The notes: generated by a model not told the origin, from the letters alone. Positions 13,479-29,979 are shown, numbered from the stretch's first letter. The stretch: DNA of 64,000 nucleotides from Ramazzottius varieornatus (GCA_001949185.1 BDGG01000002.1:7926448-7990447), one strand, 5' to 3'. Made by a program: numbers and translations.

Positions 13479-15729
13479 GCAAACTACCGAATGCATTGAA
13501 AAATCCCGAACTTGTTCAGCGGAAAACCATGCATGCCTCGGGTCAGTCCCACCGTGGAGAATTTCGCAATGCGTCGTTGTTCCCCCCTCTGAAGGTGCGT
13601 CACTTCAATCTCCTAGCAGCACTTTGAAGTCGTATAACTTACAGAACACCGCTCTTTCCCCTTTGTGTGGTGTAGTATTACATAAAACGTGAATGATTAA
13701 TCTGCCGGAAGCGTCTGAGTATTCGCCATTTCTGCGTGGCACACATATTTACCTATCTTTTTTACCAACAAAAGGCTCTTACTGATCTAACTCGACCCAG
13801 ACTGTACAGTGCTGCTACTTCGAGCTCGAGTATTGCCCCGCAACCACCGTTTTACCATCAATCCTTTCTTACTTGACCGCTGCAAGCGTATTCCCTCTTG
13901 TCCGGAGGAGCACCGGGAAGAATGACGATCAACCCGCGCATCTGCACCGTTGTCAACACGGCTGTAGTAGCTGGCATTTTGTACAAAGCTATCCCTCTTG
14001 GTCCTCGCAGCCAGGTGGCGCAAGTGCAATTGACTGCCGTTGACAAGCAGATAGCCGTTAGTTTGGGCTCGGCAGCAGCGGCCTTCCTTCTCGTGGGTTT
14101 TGTAAGTCGTATGGTACTCTGGTTACAAAATCCAAACCGCATCCGTCCTTCTTCCAAACTCGGTTGGTTCTATCCTTTCGTCCCCCTTTTCTTCTCACTT
14201 TTGTATCGTAAAGATCATTGGGGCAACATCTTATAACGTGTCTGCGTTGTTTCCACAGATCAGAAGAATATGGACAACGTCAAAAGCTCGCATGCCTCAG
14301 GGGTCAATTTCCCAGTAAAGAACCTGCAACACGAAAGCAAGACTGTGATGTAAATTCTGTTTATTTTACCCTTACTTGTTATCCGCTGAAAAATCACTTG
14401 TTGATTTGTCTGTGCGATCCGTCCTGTTCCTTCTCTTGGTATATTTTCCACTGACGCCTCTTGTCGCCCTCGCGAAAGTTGAATTGTTCGATGTTGTGAA
14501 GTGTTCTGAATAAATCTACGCACTCGAACTTGGCCCTTACGATATCTTTCATTGGTACTTGGGAATGGAAACGCTCGCGTGACTAAACTTCATGGGATTT
14601 CATGACACGAAGCCGACAAGTGGGCTCAACGTGAATCCCAGGAAGCTCCAGCTCGTAATCCTGGCGAGCTGGCGGATCACCGGGGACAATCTTGATTAGT
14701 GCATGGATCGGAGAACGGTGCGCGCGTCTGTCAGCCGACATGGTACTTCACGTGCAGCAGGGTACTCAGCAATCGGGACCACTATGGCAAGGATGCTCAT
14801 GGCCGACTACGGGATGCCGACTCGCACTGCGAAAGCCAAGATCCGCAGTATGCCCGCAATGGCTGTTGTCAGTTTCGGGGTAAACAGAAAATCAAATTGG
14901 GTTCTTTTTGTGGAATATTTTCGATGCAGTGAAGAATGAAATTGGAATGGACGATAATGTTGGTCTTTTGTTGTTAAAAATAATTAGAGTGGCTCCTTAA
15001 GCTCACGCGACCAAAGTGGTGGGTATTGAATCGTGTCGTGTACTTATTCGTTTTTACCTGGTCTTCAACAGCTCGTTGTCCTCACCAATCAAACTGTCGT
15101 GTACTCATGTCGCCCTGCCCTGTCAGTCACATACAAAACGGGGTTCCTCGCCACTACGCGTCGATAATTAACCCTTTTGATCTTGCATTGTAACATTTAC
15201 AGCCTCCCAAATGGCTATTAAATGGCTAAAAGACCCGGTACGGACCCTCTAAGTTGGTCCATCTTGTCCCTTCCGGCTTCTCTCAAGAATATAATAGCTT
15301 GGGGTCATATAGTTTGCCCAGAGCAAATGTGAAGCTCGATGGTAAGAATACGAAGCTCCAAGTTCAGCTTTCGCAAGTGGTTCGCTGGAACCGATGATGT
15401 GCTGTGACCAACAATACTTTCGGAAAGCCACATGTACTTGTATGTATGTGCTTTTCGTTGAAGATGATATTGGAACAATCCTCTATATAAACATAGATCG
15501 CGTCTATAAAGCCGCGATTAAAAAGTCATTAGTGCACTCTTTCGCTGATGAATCTTAGCAAAAGTGCGGTTCGCTGGTTCGCCATCATCTTTCTGATTGC
15601 CCCGCATACGGCCTTACTAGACCTTCCGTGATTATACGTCCATCTCTATCGACCGTGTGCGAATGTCCCGCTGTTCTCAACTTTCCATTGAAAAGTTTCG
15701 TTTCGTCGCCCCACATGTGGTATGAGAAA

Positions 15730-18624
15730 ATGAGCGAGCTGCGGACCGCACCCGGCCTGAAGAAGTTTGTCAAGAAGCATACCTTGAATTTCCTTTTCGA
15801 GTAAGTACAGTATTTGAATGTACGCTGCTCTGACAACACATTTTTTCAGAGCTCTTTCCCTTACCTGTTCCATGTTCCAGGTACGAAACACCAAAGGTCG
15901 TCAAAGTCTACAGCACTCGTCTGGGATTAATCAACCGGACCGTTCAGCTTCTCGTGTTATCTTACGTTATTGGGTAGGTCTCGGCGTAACAGCGCTGATA
16001 ATCAATAAGCCAGTAAACGTGACACCTTTGATTGTTTCCATACCTTTAACACCGATGAAGTGGTCTGAGTACCTACTGACAGTGTACATTAAATATTTAC
16101 CGGTCGTTCGCGGTTCTTGATGTACATGTAAACGGGATAATGCTCCGACAAGGTCGCATGATGAAGCACGCGTCCCCGGGGAGGTCCTTGTGGCTTACAA
16201 GTATTTGGCGGTGTGGTGTATACCATCAGAACTTCAGTACGGTAGCGAGGCCGGTAAAGTTCGGTGTCGTCGGTGTTGTGGGGACCATCCTCGGTAAAGT
16301 CTTGTGTTGATCCTCATCTCGTAGCTGTCTTCCTGTTCCCTGTAGTTTTGCTGCAGAGTTTAACGCTGCTTGAAATAGAGACCCGAATATATCTGTGGAA
16401 AAAGTTTTCAGTTTTTTTTTTTCTTTTAGGGCACTTATCATATCAAGAATCCCTCATTTGCTTTCCGAAGAGGGATTCCCCAATTATGAGCATTTCCGAC
16501 TATTAAAAGTTCACGAAACGAACGTGTTTTCTTCAGAGCGGTCCAATGATTTTGATTCACATACTTTGATGACAGGCTTTAAATTGCAGGTATGTGTTTA
16601 TCCACCAAAAAGGATACCAACAGTTTGAACAGGCGGAAAGTAACACGGTAGCCAAAGTCAAAGGCATGGCCATAACAAACTTCTCCCAGGAAAGCGGAAC
16701 CAATAACATATGGGACCAAACCGACCTCGTCATCCCAGCCGTGGTAACAACTTTCAGATGGAACTCTTCAACCACCCAAAACATTCAGAACGCCCTGGCA
16801 ATTTTTTCTTTCGGTCTCCTCCTTAGGAAACCGATGCATTCTTTATCACAACCAACTTTATCCAGACGCCAAGTCAAAAGACATCAAAATGCCCCGAGGT
16901 AAGTGAGGAACTGCTTCCGGGTTCCCGAGCGATCTTTATCTGGCACACAAACTCAAGCAGATCGTGTTCCCAAGTGGCGCATTCCCTCAAGCTACAGTAG
17001 TAACAATGAAAATGTGCGCCGCTTGTGGTAAGGATCCGAGTGAAGTCATTTTGACATCCGACAGTAAGAAAATTTTGAAAAATTTAGGACCGAAACGTTG
17101 GATTCTTCGCTGCATGTAAGTCTGACAGCGACTGTCCCGCTGGAATTAGCATCAACCTCGGTAATGGCTTTATGACCGGGAAGTGTGTGAATTCTACGGG
17201 GACGTGCGAGATCGAGGGATGGTGTCCGACGGAAAACGATTATCGACCCGAGTAAATAATGCAGTATAATTTATGGTGTGTTAAGGTGTGTTATCTTAAA
17301 AACCTCTGGTTATTCATTGAAATTATTCACTTGCCCCAAGGCCACCGCTATTTTTGTCGTCGGAAAATTTCACCGTTCTGATCAAGAACTATATTTCCTT
17401 CCCCGAGTTCAACGTGAAGCGAAGGAACATACCTGACTGGATGACAACGAAACATATCGCTGAATGCCGGTATCATCCAGAGAAGGACCCGTATTGTCCC
17501 ATCTTTGTCGTTGGTGATATGGTGAAGGCTGCCAAGGAGAACTTTTCCAGCGTTGCTCGAACGGTACCACCCGTCATTGCTGATAGTGTGGCGGACGAAA
17601 ATCTAGAAAACGGGCAATTCCATTGTCTTAAGTGGCGCATACTTCTAGCCGACAAGACGAGAACGTGCGCCACTTGAAAACGATCTTGCTCGTTTTGTTT
17701 GTCGACTTTCCCGTGATCACAGCAGAGTGCCAAACGTTAAGACATGCAACTATCTGTTTACTATAGGGGGCCGTATTTGCTTTTATCATCCACTGGGACT
17801 GCAACTTAGATTATTCCGAGGAACATTGCTTACCGAAGTACTGCAGTTCCTCGTTTGCCGCTGAGTTTCCCTCAGCTATAAGATATAAAAGAAGATATCA
17901 ATTCGATATAATTTTACAGGTATTCGTTTCGAAGGATGGATTCGCCAAATGAGAAAATAGCCAAAGGTTGGAATTTCCGGCACGCAGATTACTGGAACGA
18001 CCCAAACGGTGTTCGACGTCGTACGCTGTACAAATATTACGGTATCCGATTCGTCTTTATGGTGTATGGGAAGGGCGGCAAGTTCGATCCGGAAACCTTT
18101 GCCATGAACCTCGGGTCAGGTATTGGCTTACTCGGGATCGCCACCGTCCTCTGCGAATTCTTGATGGATTTCTTGCTTAAAACTGACGCGTTCCGCCAGA
18201 CAAAAGTCTCTAGGATCAGAGATGACGGACATAAGCAGCCAACTTTGGAGGTGAGTACTTCAAACTAATGTTCCTTCGGGACTCACCAGATCGTTTCATA
18301 CTCCTAAAATACCAATAGTGAAATAAAGCTCATGACAACTTTTAGAGAATGTTGGGGAAACATGCGGCAGCTCTGGGCGGGCAACCGATTAATCCCGAGA
18401 TGGAAAAGCTGGATAACGGACCTACGAGGTTTTCGTCCAAAGACCATTCGCGCAACCATCTGACTCCCGAGGATTCGGACGATGAGATCGCGGGCTTGTC
18501 GCCGCACGAAATCGAGGCCTTACTGAACAGACGCCAATCGAAGGGAGCAGAAGAACTCAGGAATTCCCAGTATTCTCTTCCTCTGATGCCAGCCAAGGAA
18601 CGTACAAAGGAGTCCCATTTATGA
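15730..18624 (+). CDS. P2X ATP-gated ion channel (about 9 exons)
   Basis: FE|YETPKV (YxT motif), KGYQ, AKVKG, Cys-rich head [44 protein letters not shown] and TM2 [11 protein letters not shown]. Confidence 0.95.
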
Positions 18625-18948
18625 GAACCGGTGTCGAGCCACCATACGGCGTTGAAGGGCTTCAACTTGATCTCATCTCACCATGTGAAACATCTGACCA
18701 ACATGGTTGTAAAAGCAGAAAAGAAAGGCGGAAACTGCACCGCAGCAGTTCTGTCGTAGATTTTGTTGCAAGAGCAAAGTGTCAAACGGAATTAGGTTTC
18801 AAACAAGACGGAGAAAAAATTCAACCCGGTTGGAAGCGTCGTTGAGCAAGAGGATCACAGCAATTCTCGACAAAGATTAGTACTGTCAAAAGATTACAAA
18901 TACTACACGAAAAAATATTGAGTGTGCCCAAAAGTCATTAAACAATAT

Positions 18949-20360
<1,412 letters not shown>

Positions 20361-20824
20361 GACCGTGCTTCAGAAATCCATGACGTACAGTTCCCCGTGC
20401 CCCGTGCGCAGAAAAGCAGCACCTGTGAACGAGCAACAGATAACGCGAGCGGTACACGCGTTCAGGAAATAGATCCGAAACAAACTGGATCGAGATCGCG
20501 GATTCAGGAGTTAGGACTGGAATGCCCTCGTTTGAGTCATTTCCTTTGCTTCATCCCATGTTCGTCGCATGATTGTTGATTGAGTGGAATAAACAGTTCG
20601 AGCTGATCAGCTGATTCGGGTGACGCTTCGATGACGTTTCACTTTGACCCAGGTTCAATTTCGGCACAGTCCTGGTTTCGATCTCTACTGAGTTTTGGCG
20701 TTTTAATTCTTATAGCTTCGTTAAGCAGTTCTGGGCTCGATCTTCGGAAAAGAAGGTTCGCAGGAGGCGGAGAAGCCGGGAGCAGAGTACTAGACATCTC
20801 GGGATATCGTATTTGGCTGTCAGT

Positions 20825-21867
20825 ATGGATTTGTCAGTGACCACCGAACCGAGCGTCTTGGCGTAAGTTTCAAATCATGCTCTAACACCAGCAGTCGTAT
20901 GCTAAAGCCCTTAACTCTTGTAGGTTGAAGAAGTGGAAAGTCATTTATCCAGTGTACCTTAATGGAAAGAAGACCGTGGTAGAAGGTCGGCGCTTGAAGC
21001 GTGAGAAGGTATGGTTGCAGAACAGTTTATTGGCGTGTGACGTCATCGGTCTGTAAGGCGCCACTTGGAACCACAGTGGTGACGTTATGCGCTGATTTGG
21101 AAGATCTGCTGACAATGTGTGGCTGCTTCTCTCGGGCTTCTTTTTAGTGCGTGGACAACCCGACAGTCGAAGAAATCAAGAGCATTCTGGAAAATGCCGG
21201 TTTGAGAGTGGTCGTGGAGGTGGGTTCTTCGTTTTCCGGGAAGAGTGTGAGAAGAAGAAATCAATCTGACAGTGGAATCTCGAATATGTACTTGCCAAAG
21301 CTGTTAGTACTGTATTTTTATGTTTCGTTATCCTCTGACGATCGACGAAGCCGTCGACTAGATTGTCGAGGCTCAATGAATCTATCTATCTATCTGTGCC
21401 TGCTAAGTTAAAAACTTCCACAGAGAACACAGAAGCACTCTGACAGAAGCTTCGGTCGTTTGCCGGAAGCTGGGAATTCCATTTTTTTTCGGGCCGTTAT
21501 TTTGTCTAATAGTGTTTCGTTCTTGTAGAGAAAGTTTCATCCAAGGGAGTACATGAAGGACCAGGGCCGCGTTCGAGTGCAATTGAAGAACGACCTGAAC
21601 AAGCTGATCAACCCAAATTTCCCTCACAGTAAGCTCGTTTATTCAACTTTAGCTGTCTAACTTGTCTTCCATCTATGACATCAGGACTGACATCGTGGCT
21701 TCTTTGTTTCCGCAGAGCTAGCCGTCCTTCATTACCTTGGTGAAACCTTCCCAAAGCTGAAAGGAAGGTCCTCCAGCTCGTTACCGAGCACTTCCGCCGG
21801 CTCCTCCAGTCAAAATCAAGGTGCCAACAAAGGAAAGCAAAAAGGAAAAGGAGGAAAACGACGGTAG
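20825..21867 (+). CDS. SRP19: Signal recognition particle 19 kDa protein (multi-exon)
   Basis: WKVIYPVYLNGKKTVVEGRR, VDNPTVEEI, HPRE...GRVRVQLK, YLGETFPKLK and a basic tail KGKGGKRR*. Confidence 0.9.
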
Positions 21868-22431
21868 AAGAATGCTGTCGTGTCTGCCTTCGCGATGTTC
21901 CACTTTCTAATGTCCAGACCTCGTTGAGGTAACTATTACAGTTCTTCATAATGCTCTATCCGGTTTATTTATCTAATTTTTTTATCTAGTTTTCTTACCG
22001 CTTTGGCTGGATCGCCATTTGGGCTTGTACGCAGGTCTACCGCTCGAATAGTTGTTGTTTGTATTGAATTACCTGTAGTGTCAACAAGGCGTTGTGGAAG
22101 GTAAACAAGTCGACAATTACGTTGCCCGTTGTCTCACATCGATCGGGCTCGTTACCGTTATCTGGTCAAGCTCGCCTGCTGCAGCGGTAGACCTACTAGT
22201 ATTGTAAGTCTAATCATATCCGACTTCAGGAAGCTTAGACAGCGCGGTGTACGCTCGAGTGCGTCAAACGTGCTCGGCAAGGTCGATCTTAGATTTCCCT
22301 AGACGCGAGCGTGCTGTATAGTCAATGTTGGTTGTCGTTTCAAACCTCACAACTTTAACAGGTCCAATACTTTTGTGGCAGAGTTTGACTTCATATGATT
22401 TGGCGGAAGCTCCATCTGAAAACCAGCGGAA

Positions 22432-23158
22432 ATGGTAAGCAGATTCCCCGATTTTTTCTCTTCGATATTAGGAAGATATCTTATATTTTCTCGACAGGCC
22501 CAATTCTTCAATCAAAATGAAATCGACGGTTAGTGCTCTGTGGTGTTCTTGTCCTTGTTCAATGTTTAGATTCTCGTTGGTGTTTTTAGAGTTTAAAGAA
22601 TGCTTCAACCTGTACGCGACGAAAGGACTGATTACATCTCTCGCGGAGCTCTCGAAAATTATGCGCTCGTTGGGTTTAGCTCCCACTAACAAGGAACTCA
22701 CGTCGTATTTTCAGAACAAAGGTACGAGTACGTACTTTTGTGCGGGCTGATCAGTCTTTCCGCGAAGCAAATGAAGTATTCGCCTTTTCCCTTTGTTTTT
22801 CTAGCGTGTCTCTTTGCAGATATCTCATTTCCTGCTTTTTTGGACATCATGCACAAGCACAAAGAGTCGGAGAACGCAGCACTCGAGATTCTCAAGGGTT
22901 TCAAGGCTATGGACCAAAGAGGAAAGGGTGAAATCTCAGCCAAGGACCTCATGCACATTCTAACGAATACCGGGGAAAAGATGTCCCGAAAAGAAGGTTA
23001 GTCGTGCCAATCTGTTTTCCGTGATAATACCTGAAATCGAACTCTTATGATCGATTTCAGTTGAAGCCATTTTCCGCGAGGGGAAGATTGCACCGAATGG
23101 CATCATTCAGTACGAGGACTTTGTCAAGTCATTCACCGAACCTGTTCCAGATTACTGA
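22432..23158 (+). CDS. CALML4: Calmodulin-like protein 4
   Basis: M|AQFFNQNEIDEFKECFNLY...MRSLGLAPT...FPAFLDIMH...LTNTGEKMS...C-terminal PVPDY*, which is characteristic of CALML4. Confidence 0.88.
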
Positions 23159-23346
23159 TTTCTTTCACATTTCCGTACGTCGACTTCACCAAGATATTTC
23201 GGGCTGTAATGGTTGAGATCAAATAGTCGCACGGGAGAAAACTTGTACAGTATCGTATAGAGCGTAAGGTACATGACGATAGTACGATATTCAAACAAAA
23301 TAAAATCTCGAATATTCTACAGCAGCAGCGATCTGAGGTTAGTGGG

Positions 23347-26093
23347 CTAGTAATTATAGTCGTAGGCCATATTTTGGCCGTTCTGGTCCGCAGCCTTGTA
23401 GCTGTTATGGTTGAGGAAGCTTGATCGATCAGGCGTGTGCTGGTTCATAGCGCCACCATCCGTCACCTCTTCATCCCAGTCCTGGTATTTGGTGTAGCCG
23501 ACCGTGCTGCTGTCAGTGCCGATCAACTGCTGCAATGACGTCAAGACCATGAGAATCGGGACCAATTCGAGTACTGTATTAGAAACGATTTCCGAGGTTT
23601 AAACCTTTTTTTATATGGACGTCGGTGAATGATCTCACCGAGGTCGGTTTCTCAAGCGGCGCACGTTTCCATTACTAATGTTCGAGAGAATGCGCCACTT
23701 GAAGTACTGGCATGGGCGAAACCAGTACCAACGATTTTATGGTCTGAAATTTTCTGGTCGAGCTCATAAAGGATGAAACCAACCTGGCGTTCGTCGATAA
23801 CAGCGGGTGGCGGACAGCGTAGCTTGTACAGTAATGGAGCATACAGCAAGTTGATTATCCCAATGCCGTACATCATGGCGGGAAATCCCGCGTTCTTGAC
23901 AATCGTCCCACTCAACGCTGGACCTGTCGAAACGTCAAATGGCATTTCAAACGAGGGCCAATATAACAACAGGTTCCCACTCAGCAAAATCCAGGGTTCT
24001 CCATTGTGGATAACATGAAGCAAAACTGATCAGGAAAAACATTTCTTACCGATGGCGAATCCAAGGCAAAAAGCGACATCAGCGATCGCATAGACACTGC
24101 CGTAGACAGCCGTATGTCTGATATCGACGAGGTATCCCATAATGGGCATCATAGAAGAATCCACCATTCCGATGGCAAATCCGAGTCCGGCATTGGGGAC
24201 GATTAGATGACTGATGGAACCAGCCGATGGAATCTGAGGTGAAAATATATTTTTATTAGGCAAATGAGTCGAACCAGATCGCTATCCCGAGTGGCGCGCA
24301 ATTCTAGTCGTTATCAATCAGCCAGTGCGCCATCCGAGTTAGCGATCTGGTTCGATTCGTATGCTCCTTTTCTTGTTCGTTTATCGGGTCCTTTACGTAC
24401 GGCGAGTAGGCAGATTCCGACAATGATCATGCCAACCATGGAAGCCAGCCAGCGACCCATCTTGTGGCCTAGCGGACCAAACAGGTTCGTTCCCAGCAGG
24501 TACGCGATGCTGGCAGGAAGGAAGGCTGAGCCGGTCTGCCATGCCGAAGCCTTGACGGTTTCCCGTAGCCATATCGGTAAAGAGGGTTCCAGCATTGCAA
24601 TGCCCATGTTGGCGAACATGATCGAGCCTGCTGCGATCAAAATGTAGGGATCTTTTAGGAGGTTGAGAAGGGGAGTGGGATCTTCGGGGGCTGAAGTAAC
24701 GTGCGGTCTGAGCACAGCGAGTTGAAGTACTACAACCAAAGAGACGAATATTATCACAATTTGTTTAAAATTAATTCGTTAAAGGGAATTTAAATGAAAA
24801 TTATTCGAACGAAAGTTTAGTATTTTTGTCGGATACATACCGCCATCGAACAAGGCCAAAAGCGCTAGTATGACGAAAGGAACACTTTTGCCGACAAAGT
24901 CATAGAGGACGCCACCGAAAGGTGGCCCAATCAGAACACCCATGGCGAGACCTCCCAGAGCGATTCCCATGGCGTTTCCGCGTTCTCGGTCTTCCGGATA
25001 TCGTTCGGCAATCATGCCCATGCCTGACACACTTGAACACGCCGAACCGATACCCTGGAGGGCTCTTGCCATGAAAAGTACGGTGTAACTTCCCGCGAAG
25101 GCGAAAACTACGAGCAAAAATGATATTCGGAGAACCTGAATACTGCTCGTCGTGTACATTCTGGAGTCCACTGTATGTAGGTTTCTGTCGGCAGGTTATC
25201 GAAGCTCGTTAGTTTGGACTCTATCCTCAATTCATGCGGAAAAGATGTCTTACTTATGGTTGAAACGAACATGATGCAAAAACCGGTGAACATGGGTATG
25301 CTGTATCCAATTTTGTTGGTGAGATGTCCGACGAAAGGGTTGGCTATTAGCTGCATACCGGCTTTGGAAGCAAAGAGGACGCCAACGCGCAAACTGACTT
25401 CCATCAGTTCTTCGTGCCGAATGAGGATATCTTCTGGCGAAAGGGTTGTGGCGTTGGTCACTGGTAACAACGTCGTGGTTTTGCGGCGAGAAGGCTTCTT
25501 GGTGGTCGAAAGTGGTGGAAATTGGAGGGTGGAAGGTAAATAGTATTGATCGGGGCGCGGTGCGTCTTCCTCATCAGCCCAAATTGGCGATGTAGCCACA
25601 GTGGCCGTCACTGGTGTCAACGTGACAGCTATCCCACTAAAATTTCCGGCTGCGTGTTCAGGATGCTCTAATTCGTACAGATACTCCGGGATGATTGGCA
25701 CTGCAAACATGGTAGGAGAGAGGTGAGAACAGCAACACCCGACGCTGCGAAAATCCTGCCCTCGCAAATGACGCATGTGCGATGGCGTAATGAAGCGCGC
25801 TATAGGCCATTACCATAAATGGTGATCATTATTGGGAGGTTCCACAATGTTGCCAAAATATTTTCTTATGCATGGGATAACGTGAAATTCCCATAAAGGA
25901 TCGCAACTTCAACTGTGTGATTTTTCTTTCGCTGTACGCTTTGTTCAAGCAAGTGAACTTTTGTAAAAATGATCTTACCAACTGTAGTGAGTAGCATGTT
26001 GTCCAGCAGCAAGGCAACGAAAACGATGAACAAGATGAGTTTCCGGTTCTCGCCAAGTAGCTCTTGAGCTTTGTCGTAATATTCTTTGATCAT
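23347..26093 (-). CDS. VMAT: Vesicular monoamine transporter (SLC18A/VMAT)
   Basis: [11 protein letters not shown]|[60 protein letters not shown] and YGSVYAIAD. Confidence 0.93.
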
Positions 26094-29000
26094 TTTGCGG
26101 TCTGATGAGGCACCACCAATCACGCTCTTCGAGAACACAACGTAGAAAACTGCCGAAAAAGATATTTCGTCCAACAGGATGTTTTCGTCAAGCCAACACG
26201 AATTTGTTACTCGTCACAAGATCGTAAGAACTTCGGCCCGGCGTCATCATTTTTGCGGGAAATCGGCGGATAAAAAATTCTTTGGAAGGAATGACCAACA
26301 CCAGACGATGCGGAGGTATGAAGGCTGACGCCAGGTTCTCTGTCTGATTTAGCAGACTGGAATATCGTTGTGGATCAGGGAAACATGGATAAGTGGATAA
26401 TGGCCGACTGCAAAAACAGGCATCGTTGAAGAGGCATTTTATGATGGTATGCTGTGATAATTATCCCGGATTCGGGTGGAATATGACCCTGGCTATAACG
26501 CACACTTCCCGCGTAAGCGCGGCCCTGTCGCTGCACCAGTGAGACATATCAAATATTCCAGCGGATAAACTAAACGCTGACTTTGCCATGAATCAGGAGG
26601 AAAACTGGCTGGAATTTGTTCTGGCAATCGACAGGGCATAAGAAGGGTCCCTCGAACGCAAATGGCGGCTATGGTTGTCAGATACAGCTGCCTTAATGAT
26701 TAAGTACGTATCAGCGCAACTCTTCACCGTTGGCCTGTAAAACACTCGAGATCCTAAATACTGTCCCTCACTGGATGACGGCTTTGTAGAGCGAAAGGCC
26801 GTGGTACACTTTGTAAAGGGCTTAAAATAATTCATCGCGCACACCGAAGCTAGGCCCCGATTTTATGATCGATCACCGTGTGTCAACTCTTAATGCTACC
26901 CATTCCTTTCCCTTGCTTCCCTGTATATAAATCAGGCGTCAACCTTTAATGCAAATTAGGTCCTCCCTTGCATTGCCCCCTTTTCATGACTAACTCTTAT
27001 TACCCAACCGAAACTTTAAGCCGAACTCTAGTCTGGCAAGCCAGAACGAGGGTTGAAACAGACTAAATTAGACAAACGGTTCTTTGACCATTCCAAACGT
27101 GCACCGGAATTTCCTGTCCAGCCACGAGTCGTCAAACTTGAGAACCCTCAGCCATAGAGAGCCAGCGAGAAGTCAATGGGTCTTCAAAGCGAACTCTCAT
27201 CGTTCACATTCAATTACCCAGAGTTAGAAGAGATCTTTTCAAAACTAGAAACCTGGCACAATTAGTTCTCAATTCAAGAGCTGAAAAACTAGCTGAAATT
27301 TCAGTATCATGAAATCATAAAGTTTTCTGGCCAAGTTTGCGAATAGTTTCTGGGTTTTGAGGTTATGAACGCGAGGTGAGATGCAGGATGCGCTACATCC
27401 GTATTCCCTGAAGAACCTCCATTTTGACCTGTGCAAGCGTAAGTGTTTGGACGCACTTTCCACATTCAATGCGAGATGTCGCAGTGCACACGTTTGGACA
27501 ACGGTACAACGTATATTTGACAGGCGCCGGTAGTGCCCGGATGGCGACTGCCCGATCGACTATTGGTGTTTGGATATGCTTGTCGATTCTGGATAAACGA
27601 TCACTTCCCCTATTTGACTATTCATTCCAAGTGAATTACAGTAGCTGCTATCAATTGACAGGTACAACATACCTCACTTGCCGCCACACAAACCCTGGCC
27701 AGTTCCTTCCTCACGCGTCCTTCTTACACTACAAGTGCAAACAATTTTCAAACCTGCACAAAAGACACCGTTGTATACCGCAGTCTTGCACAATCGCAAC
27801 TACTTTGGAAATTTAAGACAGTAGAAAGAAGCTTCACCATGCGAAGACTAATGGGAGCTAGGCCAACAAAACTTCCAAGATCGTCTCAACAAGTGGCGCA
27901 CATTTCTATTGTCGTTGGCTGGAAGGGTGCGCCACTCAAGGTAACGATCTTCTGCGTTATGTTCGCCCAACCCCCGATTTATTGCTGACGGACAGTCATT
28001 GAAAGAATGGGTCTCCGTAAAATGCTCTGTAAAGCTGTGGTAAACGAATGACAGCTAGAACTCATGTCTCCATGCTGGCTATCATAACGGAATTGACCTC
28101 ATCACACATCCACAATGCAATAAAACCACACATGTGCCGGAAATCAAACTCAAAGATTGAAGATTAATGTGAACCGGTACGTTCGGTCCTTCCACCTCTA
28201 GTCTGTTGTACAGCGCATGCACGGTTTCAAGTTACGATCCAATTACGTAACTTGAACTTCCCATCACTGGGAAGGGCCAGTAGAAGGTCACTTACCAGTT
28301 CAGCTTCAGTCTGCCGCAGAAATTCCACCAATGGAGAAAATCGAGACTCGTCGAATGAGGAGGTCGAGGAGGCTCGACCGTCAAGCTTGGACGAAGAAAA
28401 AAGCAGGAAAAAGGGTTCCAGCAGATGAAACGAGAGTCTACAGGAGCTGTCGACTTCAGCTGGTGCCTCGAAGTGAAGTGTAAATTGACATCTATACAAA
28501 CATCAATGGGACAGACGACGAATCGAAGGCACGAATCAAGAACACATACAAACGACAGCGAGACGTCGGTAAAGTGCGATCAGATGTTTGCCGATGGCTC
28601 CCCAATGGAGGACTTGTTGAAGAAGTTAAGGGGAGTTAAAGAAAGAGAGTGAGTGCGGCGCGCGGCTTTCTTGGTGCGTGCTCACGGCGCATTTACTCAA
28701 GCGCCATCCATCATTGCGTTCTTTCGTCCAGAAAGTCCTCCTTGGACGTCAATGGCCGTCTTGGCCCCGACACTTTGCCGAGCAATCAACGCGGCCATTT
28801 GTGTGGACAATGTCGGCGGAATTTAATTGCGCAGCCATTGCGTGCCATTCCTGACAAGAACACCCAATTGCACTGATGACCATTATCGCCCCTCGCTAAC
28901 ATATGCACACATCAGTCGATTCCTTCTAAACCAACTGAGGGACATTACCAAGGTATCGATACTGTGTAAGGCACAGAAAAGTAACGATTTTTCTCCAGGC

Positions 29001-29979
29001 ACACGACGAGGAAGAAAGTCTTCCCCTTCCTGGCCGAGTCGATCACGGCGGAACTCAAACTTCCGAGTATGCTATTACCGCCGCCTAAAACCTCCTCTTT
29101 GGCTTAATACGATATTTCACTCAGCACCTCACAAAACTGCCATCAGCCTATCCGGTATGGTTTTGTTACTTCCCTCCTGTTTTCCTCTTCGTCGAAGCCG
29201 GCTTTCAGGCACTGGCGCAGCCGTCTGGTCTTCCTTAACCAGAAAAAGAATAACCATCTTTTCTTTTTCTCTTCTTTGAAGTAGAGATAAGTCAAAAAGG
29301 TCAAGGCACCATCGATAGCTTTCCGGTTCAGACTGTAAAACTAGTCAGCGGTTGGGAGCGCAATCACGTCAGGTTTCCGCGATGACGTAGTGCGCGAATT
29401 CATAGGGGAAAGCCGACCGAAGGTGAGCTAAGTGAGCTAAGTGCCACCTTATTACGTGACGTAAAATGATAGACATCAGTTCTCCATGTTGCTCCCTTCC
29501 TTCCGCTTTGACCACCTTCCGGAGAAACCGGCGACGCAAGACAGCTAATGACCACTTTCTCTGGTATGACGCACATCATCAATGGGATGCGCGAGGCTCA
29601 TTCGATAACCGAACATCGTCATGCGATGATCAGATGATTTATACGTGGAATCCGGCTATCCACCTGAGAAGTGAGACAGCCTTCATCAACACACAGAGCC
29701 AGGCTTCAGAAACTCGCAAATCGCAACAAGTCTCAGAATGCTCGAACTTGATCCACAATTCACCCCAAGAGACTAACAGAACGAGGAAAAGTCAATGGAC
29801 ACCACTCAACCATACGTTTGACTGACCGAGATATGCGCCCGTCTCGGAGCGACCGTCGAAGCTACATATTGCAGGATCTACAGATATCCAGCCGTTGACT
29901 CGATAAGCAAATTTAGTAAATTTATGATAGAAGTCATAGAGCTTACAGGACATCACACTGTACACAGACCGATCACACT

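Noticed and set aside
26500-29900. Short ORFs between VMAT and NDUFA2
   Set aside because: No recognisable domain or consistent exon chain; probably regulatory or intergenic.
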